A stretch of DNA of 64,000 bases. Origin: an uncultured Actinomycetota bacterium (GTDB lineage: Bacteria > Actinomycetota > Actinomycetes > JAHEKZ01). Positions 31,762-42,246 of this stretch are shown piece by piece. Positions within the stretch are counted from its first letter, which is position 1. Each line of letters opens with the position of its first letter. The position numbers and the translations under genes are program-made. A model generated the notes under the pieces. It made no database searches, had not been told where the DNA came from, and saw nothing but the letters and a program-made list of their open reading frames with translations. The DNA is taken from assembly GCA_963718235.1 (NCBI GenBank), contig CAVQYR010000001.1, positions 832,001 through 896,000 on the forward strand, read 5' to 3'.

Positions 31762-32838
31762 ATGTCCGCCGAGGCCGTCCTGCTCGTGGGCGGCCAGGGC
31801 ACCCGCCTGAGGCCGCTCACGCTCACCACCCCAAAGCAGATGCTGCCCGTCGCCGGGCTCCCCCTGCTGACCCATCAGATCGTCAAGCTGCGCAACGCCG
31901 GAGTGGCTCACGTCGTGCTGGCGACGTCGTACCGGTCCGAGGTGTTCAGCGAGCACTTCGGGTCCGGAGAGGCGCTGGGTGTCCGGATCACCTACGTCGT
32001 CGAGGACGAGCCGCTGGGTACGGGTGGCGCGATCGGCAACGTGTCCGACCGGTTGGAGTCGCTGCCGGACGACCCGGTCGTCATCCTCAACGGAGACAAC
32101 CTCTCCGGGCACGACCTCGCAGCGCAGCTCACCCGGCACCGCGACGCCGACGCCGACGTCACGCTGCACCTCGTCGAGGTGGAGGACGCTCGAGCCTTCG
32201 GCTGTGTGCCGTGCGACGACGAGGGCCGGGTTCTTGCGTTCCTGGAGAAGATGCCCGAACCGGTGACCCGCTGGGTCAATGCCGGCTGCTACGTGTTCCG
32301 CCGCTCGGTGGTCGACGCGATCCCTTCGGGGCGACCCGTCTCCGTCGAGCGTGAGACGTTTCCCGGGCTCCTGCAGTCGGGGGGCCGGGTCTTCGCTTGG
32401 CAGGAGACGGCGTACTGGAGCGACGTCGGTACGCCGGCCGCCTATGTGCAGGCCTCGGCCGACCTGGTGCGCGGCGTCACCCCCTCGGCTGTGGCGGAGG
32501 GCCGCACCGGCGAGTCGGTGGTCGACCCCCGTGCGCTTGTGGCCGCAGGCGCCGTCGTCGACGACGGCAGCGCGATCGGTCCCGGTGCGGTAGTCGACGG
32601 GGACGCGGTGGTCCGCGGATCGGTGGTGATGGCCGGGGCCCGGATCGGAACCGCCGCGCACGTGGAGCGGTCGGCGGTGGGCGTCGGCGCCGAGGTGGGC
32701 CCGGGAGTCGTGCTCGTGGACACGGTCGTGGGGGACCGCGCCCGAGTCGGAGTGGGCAACGAGCTTCGGGCCGGTGCCCGGGTGTGGCCGGGCGTGGAGC
32801 TGGCCCCTACGTCGGTGCGGTTCTCCACCGACGTGTGA
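31762..32838 (+). CDS. manC: Mannose-1-phosphate guanylyltransferase (NDP-sugar synthase)
   Basis: LVGGQGTRLRPLT..PK.MLP, EPLGTGG, FLEK, SVERETFP, C-terminal left-handed beta-helix; TAGGGT 7 nt before the ATG. Confidence 0.9.
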   Translation: MSAEAVLLVGGQGTRLRPLTLTTPKQMLPVAGLPLLTHQIVKLRNAGVAHVVLATSYRSEVFSEHFGSGEALGVRITYVVEDEPLGTGGAIGNVSDRLESLPDDPVVILNGDNLSGHDLAAQLTRHRDADADVTLHLVEVEDARAFGCVPCDDEGRVLAFLEKMPEPVTRWVNAGCYVFRRSVVDAIPSGRPVSVERETFPGLLQSGGRVFAWQETAYWSDVGTPAAYVQASADLVRGVTPSAVAEGRTGESVVDPRALVAAGAVVDDGSAIGPGAVVDGDAVVRGSVVMAGARIGTAAHVERSAVGVGAEVGPGVVLVDTVVGDRARVGVGNELRAGARVWPGVELAPTSVRFSTDV

Positions 32839-33779
32839 GTACCGAGCGGGCGGGTTCCGACCCCGGTCGGCGGCGGGTGTGGCGACCCGGTCGCCCGGTC
32901 GATGTCGCCGCGACCCTCGGCGTCCTGCGTCACGGCTCTTCGGACCCCGCCTATCGGGTCGTCGGTGCGGCGACGTGGTGGGCCACCAGAACCTCGGGAG
33001 AGCCCACGACGCTGAGCCTGCGGGTCGACGCGGTGGGCGCCGAGGTCGTCGCCGAGGCCTGGGGTGACACCGCGGAGGTCCTGCTCGACGAGCTGCCGTC
33101 GCTGCTGGGTGCCGACGACGACCCGAGCGGTTTCGTCGCGCACCACCCGGTCGTTCAGCGCGCATGCAGATCCCATCCGGGCTGGCGGCCGCCGACCACC
33201 GGCCGGGTCTTCGAGGCGCTGGCGCCGGCGGTGCTCGAGCAGAAGGTCACCGGCCGCGAGGCCAGTCGCTCCTGGCGTGCGCTGCTCACGACGTACGGGG
33301 ACCCGGCCCCTGGGCCCACACCGACGCCCATGCGCGTGCCGCCCACTCCGTCGAGCTGGGCAGCGATCCCCGAGTGGGAGTGGTACCGGGCTGGGGTCAC
33401 CCCACATCGCGCCCGTGCGCTGCGCCGGGCGGCGAACGTCGGAACCGCGATCGAGGCCACCCGTAGCGGTCCACCGGCGCAGGCCGAGGTGGTGCTGCGC
33501 AGCGTGCCCGGCGTCGGGGTGTGGACGTCGGCGGAGGTTCGCCAGCGGGCTTTCGGGGACCCGGACACGGTCAGCGTCGGTGACTTCCACCTCGCTCGTC
33601 AGGTGTGCTTCGCCCTGACTGGCGACCCCGGCGCACGCGGTGACGACGCGCGGATGCTCGAGCTGCTCGAGCCCTACCGTGGCCATCGTTACCGCGTGCA
33701 GCGGTTGCTGGAGCTGGCCGGCGTCAACGCCCCTCGTCGCGGCCCGCGGTACGCCCCGCCGGCTCATCGCCCGCACTGA
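32835..33779 (+). CDS. HhH-GPD DNA glycosylase (AlkA/3-methyladenine glycosylase II-like)
   Basis: AVLEQKVTG.EA..SW, VPGVGVWTSAE, GDPD.VSVGDFH, LEPYRGHR; GTG overlaps the manC stop. Confidence 0.85.
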   Translation: MSTERAGSDPGRRRVWRPGRPVDVAATLGVLRHGSSDPAYRVVGAATWWATRTSGEPTTLSLRVDAVGAEVVAEAWGDTAEVLLDELPSLLGADDDPSGFVAHHPVVQRACRSHPGWRPPTTGRVFEALAPAVLEQKVTGREASRSWRALLTTYGDPAPGPTPTPMRVPPTPSSWAAIPEWEWYRAGVTPHRARALRRAANVGTAIEATRSGPPAQAEVVLRSVPGVGVWTSAEVRQRAFGDPDTVSVGDFHLARQVCFALTGDPGARGDDARMLELLEPYRGHRYRVQRLLELAGVNAPRRGPRYAPPAHRPH

Positions 33780-33804
33780 GCGGGTCGGCCGGACGTCACC
33801 GCCT

Positions 33805-35094
33805 TCACGGTGGCTCGTGCGCCCGTGGGTACACCTCGGGGGTGTGCGGGGGACTGCTGGGTCGCCGCTGGCCGCGGGGCCCGACGAAGTCGACCCGACC
33901 GTGGCTTCCGTGGGTGGGGTCGGCCGCTACGGCGCGCCAGCCGTGCTCGTGCACCACGCGGTGGTGGCGACCGCACAGGAGGATCCCGTTGGCGAGGTCG
34001 CTTCGCCCACCGTCGGTCCAGGCCCGCAGGTGGTGGGCCTCCGCCCAGGGTGCGGCGCACCCGGGAAACCGGCAGCCGCGGTCGCGGACCCACAGGGCCT
34101 GGCGCTGCGCAGAGGTGAACAGACGTTGGCTGCGCCCGAGGTCGAGGAGTCGGCCATCGGGGCCGAACACGACTCTGGTCACCGCTGCGTCGCAGGCCAG
34201 CCGGGCCAACGTCGGGGGCGGCACCGGCCCCCCGTCGAACCAGGTGGCCGGCCGCGCATCTGGGACGTCGGCCAGCGCCTCGGGGGTGCAGGTGACCACG
34301 ACCTGCGGTCGCACGCCGCCTGACACCGGGGTGCGTGCGTGTTCTAGGACGGTGCGCATGATGGCCAGGACTGCGTCGTACCGGCGCTGGGTGGCCGTGC
34401 GCGGGTCGTCGGCACTGTGCGGCTCCAGGTACGCGGACAGGGCGGCGTCGAGGACCGCGCCACCCTCGGGGTCGGCCAGCAGGTCGAGGCGGTACATGCC
34501 GTCGAGCGTCGACGCGAAGCTCGCCCGGCGGGCCTCGTGCTGACGCTCGTGGCTGCGCCGGCCGCGCTCGGGGTCGACGACGTCGCGCAGGTACGCAGCG
34601 GCAGCGCGCACCTTCCCGGCGTCGGCTGTTGCTGACAGGTCGACGAGGAGCGAAGCGGCCGTGCGCGCCGGGTCCGGGTCGAGGTCGCCCACACCGTGGC
34701 CGATCGCTCGGAACTGGCCAAAGGTGAGCCGACCCCCGGCCAGGGCAGCGGCCGCCGGAGCCAGGACGGCCTCGCCGTGGTGGGCCTGCCGGGCGAGTCG
34801 GACCCGCTCGGTGGCGTCACCACCCGCGAGACCGAGCCGGCTGCGCAGCCAGGAGCCGGTCGACCGGGCGCCGTCCAGCAGCTCCGCGTCCCCGGCTGTG
34901 TCGAAGTGGGCGACGGTCGCGGTGAACTGCGCCTCGAGCGCATCGATGGCACCACGCAGGTGCCGCAGGTGGTCGGCCCGCTGGTGAGCGGTCATACCAC
35001 GCACATCGGCCGCACCGAGCCGCCCGATGGCGACGCGCAGCTGTGCGATGTCATCGGGGACACTCTTCACGGCGAGTGCGGGAACCACCGACAC
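33805..35094 (-). CDS. DUF222-HNH endonuclease domain protein (REP13E12-like)
   Basis: DPRTATQRRYDA, RLACDA, LDLGRSQRLFT..QR.AL.VRD.GCRFPGC, EAHH...W.DGG.SDL.N..LLCGRHH..VH; start position uncertain. Confidence 0.88.
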   Translation of the reverse strand: MSVVPALAVKSVPDDIAQLRVAIGRLGAADVRGMTAHQRADHLRHLRGAIDALEAQFTATVAHFDTAGDAELLDGARSTGSWLRSRLGLAGGDATERVRLARQAHHGEAVLAPAAAALAGGRLTFGQFRAIGHGVGDLDPDPARTAASLLVDLSATADAGKVRAAAAYLRDVVDPERGRRSHERQHEARRASFASTLDGMYRLDLLADPEGGAVLDAALSAYLEPHSADDPRTATQRRYDAVLAIMRTVLEHARTPVSGGVRPQVVVTCTPEALADVPDARPATWFDGGPVPPPTLARLACDAAVTRVVFGPDGRLLDLGRSQRLFTSAQRQALWVRDRGCRFPGCAAPWAEAHHLRAWTDGGRSDLANGILLCGRHHRVVHEHGWRAVAADPTHGSHGRVDFVGPRGQRRPSSPPHTPEVYPRAHEPP

Positions 35095-35294
35095 AGGACC
35101 TCCGGTTGGCGACGAGTTCGTGCAGAGGAGGTTGATCGCCCTCATCGCGTCGCACCCCCGGCGCGGTTCTGACCGCCGGTTCGCGTCGCACCCTTCGCGC
35201 CGGCAGATCCGGACGCCGCTTCTCGTTGGCCTGGCGCCCACCAGTTCAGCTGTCTGAACCAGTGGCTCGCCGGCCCCTCTCGATCAACACCGTC

Positions 35295-35316
35295 ACTCTA
35301 GGACGGGGGTCCGACA
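35295..35316 (-). promoter_or_regulatory. PafBC / RecA-NDp-type DNA-damage promoter
   Basis: Minus strand reads TGTCGG-ACCCCCGTCC-TAGAGT, i.e. TGTCGG-N10-TA-N3-T, upstream of the DUF222-HNH gene. Confidence 0.75.
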
Positions 35317-35871
35317 GTTTCGTCCGGTCCGTGCCCGAGCACCCGACGGATCTCGTCGACGAGCGCTCCGACCTCCACCGGAACGGTGGTGTCGACGTCG
35401 ACCACGGGTCCGAGACCCAGTGGCTCGGCGGAGCTGAAGCCACTGCTTCCACATCTGCTGCATAAGGCGGTCGAAGTGACCGGCATGTCGGAGCGGCGAC
35501 CGCTCGGCGTACCGCCTGCGCATCACCTCGTCGGGTGCCCGGCACCACAGCTCGACCATCCGTTCGCACCGCGCATCCCGAAGTCCGCGACTCACCACGG
35601 GACGCAGGTCAGTGGCCATCCAGCTGTCGATGACCGCGCCCTGCGGACAGTCGGCCAGGATCCGCCAGATGACCTCACCGGCGGCCCGACCCAGGCGGCG
35701 GGACTCGTCCTGGTCGGTGAAGCCCAACTCGTCGAGCAGTGTCTCCTTGACCGCATCCTTGGCCAGGAGGGGAAGTGCGAGCGCCGAGGCGAGCTGACCG
35801 GCCAGCGTCGACTTCCCACTTCCGGGGAGCCCGTTGACGAGGACGACGCAGCGGGCTGGGGTCAGCGCCAC
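35298..35871 (-). CDS. Small P-loop kinase (AAA_33-like); frameshift near 35435
   Basis: [24 protein letters not shown]...RHAGHFD; C-terminus [13 protein letters not shown] continues in frame 35298. Confidence 0.75.
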
Positions 35872-37184
35872 AGCATGAACTCGTCGGCCACGCGGGACGG
35901 TCGGTCGGCCGCTGGTGCTGCCGGACGTCCGATAGCGACGGCCCCCATCGGCTGCCAGTCCCTGGGCAAGTCGAGCACCTCGCGCACGACGTCGGGGCAG
36001 AACAGGGTGGACGACACCCACGCCGAGCCGAGGCCCCGGGTGGCCAGCGACACCAGGAAGTTCTGCACCCCCGCCCCCATCGCGACGAGGAACATCGCCT
36101 GCTCGGCGTCGACCGTCGGTCGTCGGGGTAGGAGTGGGCCCCCTCCGCCACCAGGCAGGGCACGACGAGACAGGGGGCGTGCCGCAGCACGTCACCACGG
36201 GCCAGCCGACGGGTCGATCGACTCGCTCGGTGAATCCGTCGCTGCGTCAGGTCGGCCCGCCACTGCTCGGCCATGGCGTCGAGCAGGCGCGAACGGCGCG
36301 TCGGTGTCGTCGAGGACGACGAAGCGCCAAGGTGTGGTGTGGTGCGGGGCCGGTGCGGTGACGGCGTCGGCGACCGCTGCGACGATCGCCTCGCGCGTCG
36401 ACGGGCTCGTCGGTGAAAGTCCGTACGGTCCGTCGCGACCGGAGCACGTCGAACGTGCCGATCGGGAAGAGGTCCTCGTCGTGGGGTCGGACCAGTGCAG
36501 ATGCCCCGTCGGAAGCCCTGTCGGCGACGCCGTGGGTTTCGTTGGCGACGACGGTGCTCGCAGCCCGCGCACGACCGCGACCGGCAGCCCACGGGTCTTG
36601 CCCATGACGAGCTCCGCGGCGGCGGCGATCTCGTCGGCGACGGCGATCTCCGTGACCTCGAGGGTGTTGCCGTGTGTGTCGACGGTGCCCCGCAGGTCGT
36701 CGACGACCCGGACGCCGGCCGCACCGATCGCCACGTCGGTCTGCCCTGTCCGCCAGGGTCGGCCCATCGTGTCGGACACCAGAACGCCCACGGTGACGCC
36801 GAGCCGGTCGAACACCGCTGCGCGGATGCGCCGGGCTGACGCGTCGGGGTCCAGGGGCAGCAGCACGAGCGTGCCCGGCTCGGTGTTGCTCGCGTCGACG
36901 CCGGCTGCGGCCAGCACGAGACCGTGCCGGGTCGACACGATGCGCAGCGGACCCCGCCGGGCGACCAACCGCTCGCTCTCCGAGTCGATCACGGCGTCGC
37001 GGTCGGCGTCGTCGACGATGCCACGCACGACCCGGCCCTCGGCCTTGCTCACCACCTTGCTCGTGACGACCACGATGTCGCCGTCACGCAGGCCCGGGTA
37101 GCACAGGGCGATCCGAGCGGCCAGGTCGTCGCCCTCGCGGACCTCGCCGATCGCCTCGATCGCCACGACGTGGAACGACGTCAC
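35862..37184 (-). CDS. fbiB: Coenzyme F420-0:L-glutamate ligase with nitroreductase domain; several frameshifts between about 36100 and 36560
   Basis: [42 protein letters not shown]; nitroreductase parts ([37 protein letters not shown]) alternate between frames. Confidence 0.88.
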
Positions 37185-38185
37185 GGTCGTTGCACCAGTG
37201 GTGCGGCGCGCAGCTCGAGGGCCAGGTCGACCGCGGCGCCGGCCAGCGCCGACGCTGCCGCCTCGTCGGTCATCAGCAGAGGGCGCCCGCGTTGAGCGAC
37301 ACCAGGAGGGGCGGGGACGGCGGCGTCGTCGTCGGAGACGAGCCAGCCGTCGAGCAGACCGTCGGCCGCGCGGGCGCCGTAGTGGACGGCGACCGCCGCG
37401 GCACTGGTCTCCACGCCGATCGCCCGCAGGCACGCATCGGCCATGCCGCGGACGGGTGCTCCGCCGATGATGGGTGACACCCCGACGACCGGCGCGCCGG
37501 TCCGTCGCAGTGCATCCCTGATCCCGGGCACGGCCATCAGCGGACCGATGCTCACGACCGGGTTGGACGGGGCGACCAGCACCATGTCGGCGGAGTCGAG
37601 GGCCTCGACCACCCCGGGGGCCGGGCGTGACTCCGCCGCCCCGAGGAACACGAACTCTCTCGCTTCGGGCTCGGCATGCAGCCGCACCCACCACTCCTGG
37701 AAGTGCACCGCGCGACGTCCACCCTCTTGGTCGTCGACGACCACGTGCGTCTCGATCGGGTCGTCGCTCATCGGCAGGAGGTGCACACCCGGCTCCCACC
37801 GTCGGCACAGAGCGGCGGTGATGTCGGAGAGCGGCCAGCCGGTGCGCAGGAGCTGGGTGCGCACGATGTGGGTGGCGAAGTCACGGTCTCCGAGGGTGAA
37901 CCAGTCGGGCGGGACGTCGTACGCCCGCAGCTCGTCGCGAAGGGTGAACGACTCGTCGGCCCGGCCCCACCCCTGTTCCTCGTGGATGCCTCCGCCGAGG
38001 GTGTACATGACCGTGTCGAGGTCGGGGCAGACCCGAAGCCCGAACAAGGTGATGTCGTCCGCGGTGTTCCCGATCACGGTGACGTCGGCACCCGCGGCCT
38101 CGTCGTGACGGGTCGAGAGATCGGCCAGCAGCCCGCGGAGGAACCGGGCCGCACCGATGCCGCCGGCGAGGACTGTGATCTGCAT
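37181..38185 (-). CDS. fbiA: 2-phospho-L-lactate transferase (CofD)
   Basis: [47 protein letters not shown]. Confidence 0.95.
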   Translation of the reverse strand: MQITVLAGGIGAARFLRGLLADLSTRHDEAAGADVTVIGNTADDITLFGLRVCPDLDTVMYTLGGGIHEEQGWGRADESFTLRDELRAYDVPPDWFTLGDRDFATHIVRTQLLRTGWPLSDITAALCRRWEPGVHLLPMSDDPIETHVVVDDQEGGRRAVHFQEWWVRLHAEPEAREFVFLGAAESRPAPGVVEALDSADMVLVAPSNPVVSIGPLMAVPGIRDALRRTGAPVVGVSPIIGGAPVRGMADACLRAIGVETSAAAVAVHYGARAADGLLDGWLVSDDDAAVPAPPGVAQRGRPLLMTDEAAASALAGAAVDLALELRAAPLVQRP

Positions 38186-38208
38186 GGCTGCATCCTCCCA
38201 GCCGCCGG

Positions 38209-39226
38209 TCAGCGACTGCCCGCGGCCAGGGGCAGGCGCACCTCGAAGCAGCACCCCCCCGGCACGTTGGCCACCTCGACCGTTCCTTCATGGGCCGCGA
38301 CGATCCCCCGCGCGATGGACAGACCGAGCCCGGCACCGTCGTCGGGGGCCGGTGTCCGCGCTGTGCTGCCGCGCCATCCGACGTCGAACAGTCGGCTCAG
38401 GTCGTCGTCGTCGATCCCTCCGCATCCGTCCGTGACGCTCAGCACCGCCCATCCGTCGTCGCGACCCGCGGTGACTGCGACCGACCCGTCCTCAGGGGTG
38501 TGTCGGATCGCGTTGGTGACCAGGTTGCTCAGGGCCCGGGTGAGCTCACGGCCGTCGGCCACGACCCCGATCGGGTCCGCGGACGCCGACAGCCGGACCC
38601 CGTGCTCCTGGGCCAGCGGCTCGGTGGCGTCCAGGACGTCGCCGACGACGTCCTGGAGGGCGACGTGGCTCATGGCGAGGACCAGCGAGCCCGACTGAAG
38701 GCGGCTGAGCTCGAAGAGGTCGTCGACCATGCCCGACAGCCGGTCGACCTCTCGTCGCATCTGCCGGTGGTAGCGGGCCGGGTCCGCGGCGACGCCGTCC
38801 TCCAGCGCCTCGGCCATCGCGCGCAGCCCGGCCAGCGGCGTGCGCAGGTCGTGGGACACCCACGTCACGAGCTCGCGCCGGGTGCGCTCGGCCTCGTCGG
38901 CTCGTGCGTGCTGCTCGGCGATGTCGCGCGACTGCTGCTCGATCCCCCTGACCCTGCGCGAGAGCAGGAGCCCGGTCGCGAAGGCCGACGCCACCGGCCA
39001 CGGCGCAGACCACGAGCACGACCCCGAGGTCGTGGGGGGACAAGAACATGGCCTGTGCGGTCGCGACGACGCCGACGACGACGGCGACGACGCCGGTCGT
39101 GCTGGCCACGAGGAGCGCGGCGCTGAGCGAACGCTGCTGTGCGCGGTGCAGCACGGCCACTCCGACCGCCCCGACTGCAGCCGAGGTCACGATCGCCACC
39201 AGGACGACGCTGGCCCAGGCGTTCAC
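38209..39226 (-). CDS. Sensor histidine kinase; frameshift near 38995
   Basis: N-terminal TMs (MFLSPHD) in frame 38546; [33 protein letters not shown] in frame 38209. Confidence 0.87.
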
Positions 39227-39912
39227 GTGGGGTCCCACCGGTAGCCCACGCCCCACACGGTGACCAGTCGCACGGGGTTGGCCGGGTCGGCCTCGATCTT
39301 CTCCCGGAGCCGGCGCACGTGGACGGTCACGGTCGACTGGTCGCCGAAGTCCCAGCCCCACACCTCGTGCATCAGGGTGGCCCGGTCGAAGGCCCGGCCC
39401 GGATGCCGGAGCAGGAACGTGAGCAGGTCGAACTCCCGCGACGTCAGCGTCAGCAGCCGCCCGCCGCGCGACGCGACGTGCCCCACCGGGTCGACGACGA
39501 GGTCCCCGTCGCGCAGCGGCTCCGAGCGTCCCGCCCCTGAGGTCGCAGCCGACTGGGTCCGGCGCAGCACCGACTGGACTCTGAGCACGAGCTCGCGGGG
39601 GCTGAACGGCTTGGTCACGTAGTCGTCGGCGCCCACCTCGAGCCCGAGCACCCGGTCGGCCTCGTCGGCCGACGCGGTCAGCATGATCACCGCCACCTCG
39701 GAGTCCAGGCGCAGGCGGCGGCAGAGCTCGAGGCCGTCGATCCCCGGGAGCATCAGGTCGAGCACCACGAGGTCGGGCGGGTGGCGACTGGCCATGGCGA
39801 GAGCGCTTCGTCCGTCGCCGGTGTGGTCGACTTCCATGCCGGAGCGCCGCAGGTAGGTGACGACCACCTCGGCCACGGTCGGGTCGTCCTCGACGACCAG
39901 CACCCTCGGCAT
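39223..39912 (-). CDS. OmpR-family response regulator
   Basis: VLVVEDD, LDLMLPG, GADDYVTKPFS, STVTVHVRRLREK, TVWGVGYR; TACGCT 6 nt before the ATG. Confidence 0.94.
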   Translation of the reverse strand: MPRVLVVEDDPTVAEVVVTYLRRSGMEVDHTGDGRSALAMASRHPPDLVVLDLMLPGIDGLELCRRLRLDSEVAVIMLTASADEADRVLGLEVGADDYVTKPFSPRELVLRVQSVLRRTQSAATSGAGRSEPLRDGDLVVDPVGHVASRGGRLLTLTSREFDLLTFLLRHPGRAFDRATLMHEVWGWDFGDQSTVTVHVRRLREKIEADPANPVRLVTVWGVGYRWDPT

Positions 39913-40051
39913 GCGAGCAGCGTAGGTGTGCCTCGGCCCGACCGGGCCTACGAAGTCCTTGCGAACTGGTGACGTCCGGCCTGGGCGCGGGCCTCGGTTA
40001 CCGTTGAGCGCGCCTGGCCCGGCCGCAGGGGCATCGACTCGAAAGGCCGTC

Positions 40052-42109
40052 ATGACCGTCGCTGACCGACCGGTCGGGATCGCACCGGCTGACCCGGTCC
40101 GGACGGTCCGGCGCGCGGCGACGCCGCTGCCCTTCGGACACCGCCCGGGACTCGACGGCATGCGGGCGGTGGCCGCCCTGCTCGTCGTGATGTTCCACGC
40201 AGGCGTGCCGTTCCTCAACCATGGCTACACGGGTGTCGACGTCTTCTTCGTCCTGTCCGGCTTCTTGATCACGTCGCTGCTCATCCGTGAGATCGCGGTG
40301 CGCCACCGGGTGGACCTCCTCTTCTTCTACGCGCGCCGCGCGCGCCGACTGCTCCCGGCGGCGCTCCTGGTCCTCGTCGCCACCGCGGTGCTGTACCAGC
40401 TCTTGGCGACGCCGCTCGACGTGGCCGAGAACCGCGGCGGGTTCGTGGCGGCCGCGCTGTACGTGTCGAACTGGTTCTTCCTCGCCCGGTCGCAGGACTA
40501 CTTCGCCGAGGACGCCGCGCCGAGCCCGGTACTGCACTACTGGTCGTTGTCGGTGGAGGAGCAGTTCTACATCGTCTGGCCGGTGCTTCTCCTCGTGCTG
40601 TTCCTCATCACGCGTCAGTTCGGAGTCACCCTGCGTGTGGTCGTCGCCGGGTTGGCCTTGGCCGGTCTGGTCTACGCGGGGGTGCTCGCACAGAGCGAGG
40701 CGATGCAGTCCTACCTCGGCACCCTGGCCCGCGCCTACCAGTTGCTGGTCGGCGCGGTGGTGGCCCTGTGGGTCTTCCGTCGTCAGCGTCGGGGCCACGC
40801 GCCGCCGCCCGGGGCCCCCGGGACCTTCGACCGGCCGTGGGGCCAGATGCTCGCGGGAGTCGGCCTGCTGATGGTGCTCGTGGCGGCCAGCCCGTTGCTG
40901 GGCGACCTGACGGCGTACGGTCGGGGGGTGCTGAGCGCCCTGGGCACCGGCGCGTTGATCCTGGGCATGGAGCTCGCTCCGGCCGGAGGGGTCCCTGCGG
41001 CGCTGTCCTGGTCGCCTGCGCGTCGGCTCGGCGACTACTCGTACCCGATGTATCTGTGGCACTGGCCGGTGATCGTGCTCGGCGACCTGGCCGGGTGGCT
41101 GCCGGTGGCGTGGCTGCCGCGCGTCACCGTCGTCCTCGCGGTCACGATCACGCTGGCCGCGGCCACCTGGTGGTGGGTGGAGGTACCGATCCGACGCTTC
41201 TCCCTGGCCGGTCGTACGAACCGTCGCCGGGCCGCTGCCGCCGCGCCAGTCGCCGCAGCCGCTGCGGCCGGGCTGCTGCTCGTGCTCCTCCCGGTCAGCA
41301 GCACGGCGGCGAGCCTGCTCGCCGCCACCGCCGGCGAGCCGCGCCCCGCGCGTGACGCCACCCTCGTCGAGTCGGGCGGCAGCCCGAACCCCGCTGCGCC
41401 CACCGTCCTTCTGGTCGGGGACTCCCACTCGGGGTTCTGGTTCGAGGCCTTCGCTGCCGCAGCGGAGCAGCAGGGCTGGCGGGTGACCAGCGTGCGTCGG
41501 GACGGCTGTGCCTGGCCCGACGTCGACCAGGTACCCCCGAACGGCGGCGCGTCGCCGTGTCCCGACCTGCGCGAGCGGGCGCTCGAGGTCGCGTCCAGGG
41601 AGCAGCCCGACCTGACCGTCCTGGTGACCCGCGCGTTGTTCGACCATCCGCTGCACACTGACCTCGGTGACGTCCAACCGGGTGAGACAGCGTGGCTGGA
41701 CGAGGTGCGGCGAGGGACCGTCGGCTTCCTCGACCAGCTGCAGCAGTTCACGCCGTATGTCGTCCCGTTCGAACCGATCCCGGAGACGGCCGAGTCGATG
41801 AACCGGTGTCTGTCGACCGGCGCTTCAGCGACCAGCTGCTCGCTGCCGGCCATCGACCCTCCGGGAGCTGCGATGGTCGAGGCGTACTGGAGGAGGCTCG
41901 CGGCCCGGCCGGGGGTGGTCACGGTCGACCTCGACGAGCTGGTCTGCCCCGGGGGCACCTGCTCGGCGATGGTCGACGCCATCCCGACGCACCGGGACAG
42001 CCAGCACTTGACCGGCGCCTTCGCCGGGTCGCTCATGCCGGCGGTCGAGCGGCAGCTCGCCGAGCAGGGGGTCGACCTGGCCCGAGCGACCATGACCGAG
42101 CGACGATGA
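40052..42109 (+). CDS. Acyltransferase-3 fused to SGNH domain (OatA/OafA-like O-acyltransferase)
   Basis: LDGMRAVA..LV..FH, GVDVFFVLSGFLIT, RRARRLLP, HYWSLSVEEQFY, SYPMYLWHWP, GDSH and DSQH. Confidence 0.92.
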   Translation: MTVADRPVGIAPADPVRTVRRAATPLPFGHRPGLDGMRAVAALLVVMFHAGVPFLNHGYTGVDVFFVLSGFLITSLLIREIAVRHRVDLLFFYARRARRLLPAALLVLVATAVLYQLLATPLDVAENRGGFVAAALYVSNWFFLARSQDYFAEDAAPSPVLHYWSLSVEEQFYIVWPVLLLVLFLITRQFGVTLRVVVAGLALAGLVYAGVLAQSEAMQSYLGTLARAYQLLVGAVVALWVFRRQRRGHAPPPGAPGTFDRPWGQMLAGVGLLMVLVAASPLLGDLTAYGRGVLSALGTGALILGMELAPAGGVPAALSWSPARRLGDYSYPMYLWHWPVIVLGDLAGWLPVAWLPRVTVVLAVTITLAAATWWWVEVPIRRFSLAGRTNRRRAAAAAPVAAAAAAGLLLVLLPVSSTAASLLAATAGEPRPARDATLVESGGSPNPAAPTVLLVGDSHSGFWFEAFAAAAEQQGWRVTSVRRDGCAWPDVDQVPPNGGASPCPDLRERALEVASREQPDLTVLVTRALFDHPLHTDLGDVQPGETAWLDEVRRGTVGFLDQLQQFTPYVVPFEPIPETAESMNRCLSTGASATSCSLPAIDPPGAAMVEAYWRRLAARPGVVTVDLDELVCPGGTCSAMVDAIPTHRDSQHLTGAFAGSLMPAVERQLAEQGVDLARATMTERR

Positions 42110-42235
42110 CCGAGCGACGATGACCGAGCGACGATGACCGAGCGACGATGACCGAGCGACGATGACCGAGCGACGATGACCGAGCGACGATGACCGAGCG
42201 ACGATGACCGAGCGACGATGACCGAGCGACGATGA
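42092..42235 (+). repeat. Perfect 14-bp tandem repeat ATGACCGAGCGACG x10 (plus terminal ATGA)
   Basis: Units start at 42092 and every 14 nt through 42218; the next ATGA is at 42232. Confidence 0.97.
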
Positions 42236-42246
42236 AGGAGGCAGCG

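Noticed and set aside
33805-35316. IS element or LexA box at the DUF222-HNH gene
   Set aside because: No DDE/HUH transposase motif, terminal inverted repeats or target duplication seen; no TCGAAC-N4-GTTCGA match
42092-42235. CRISPR array
   Set aside because: Contiguous 14-bp units with no spacers, and no cas genes nearby
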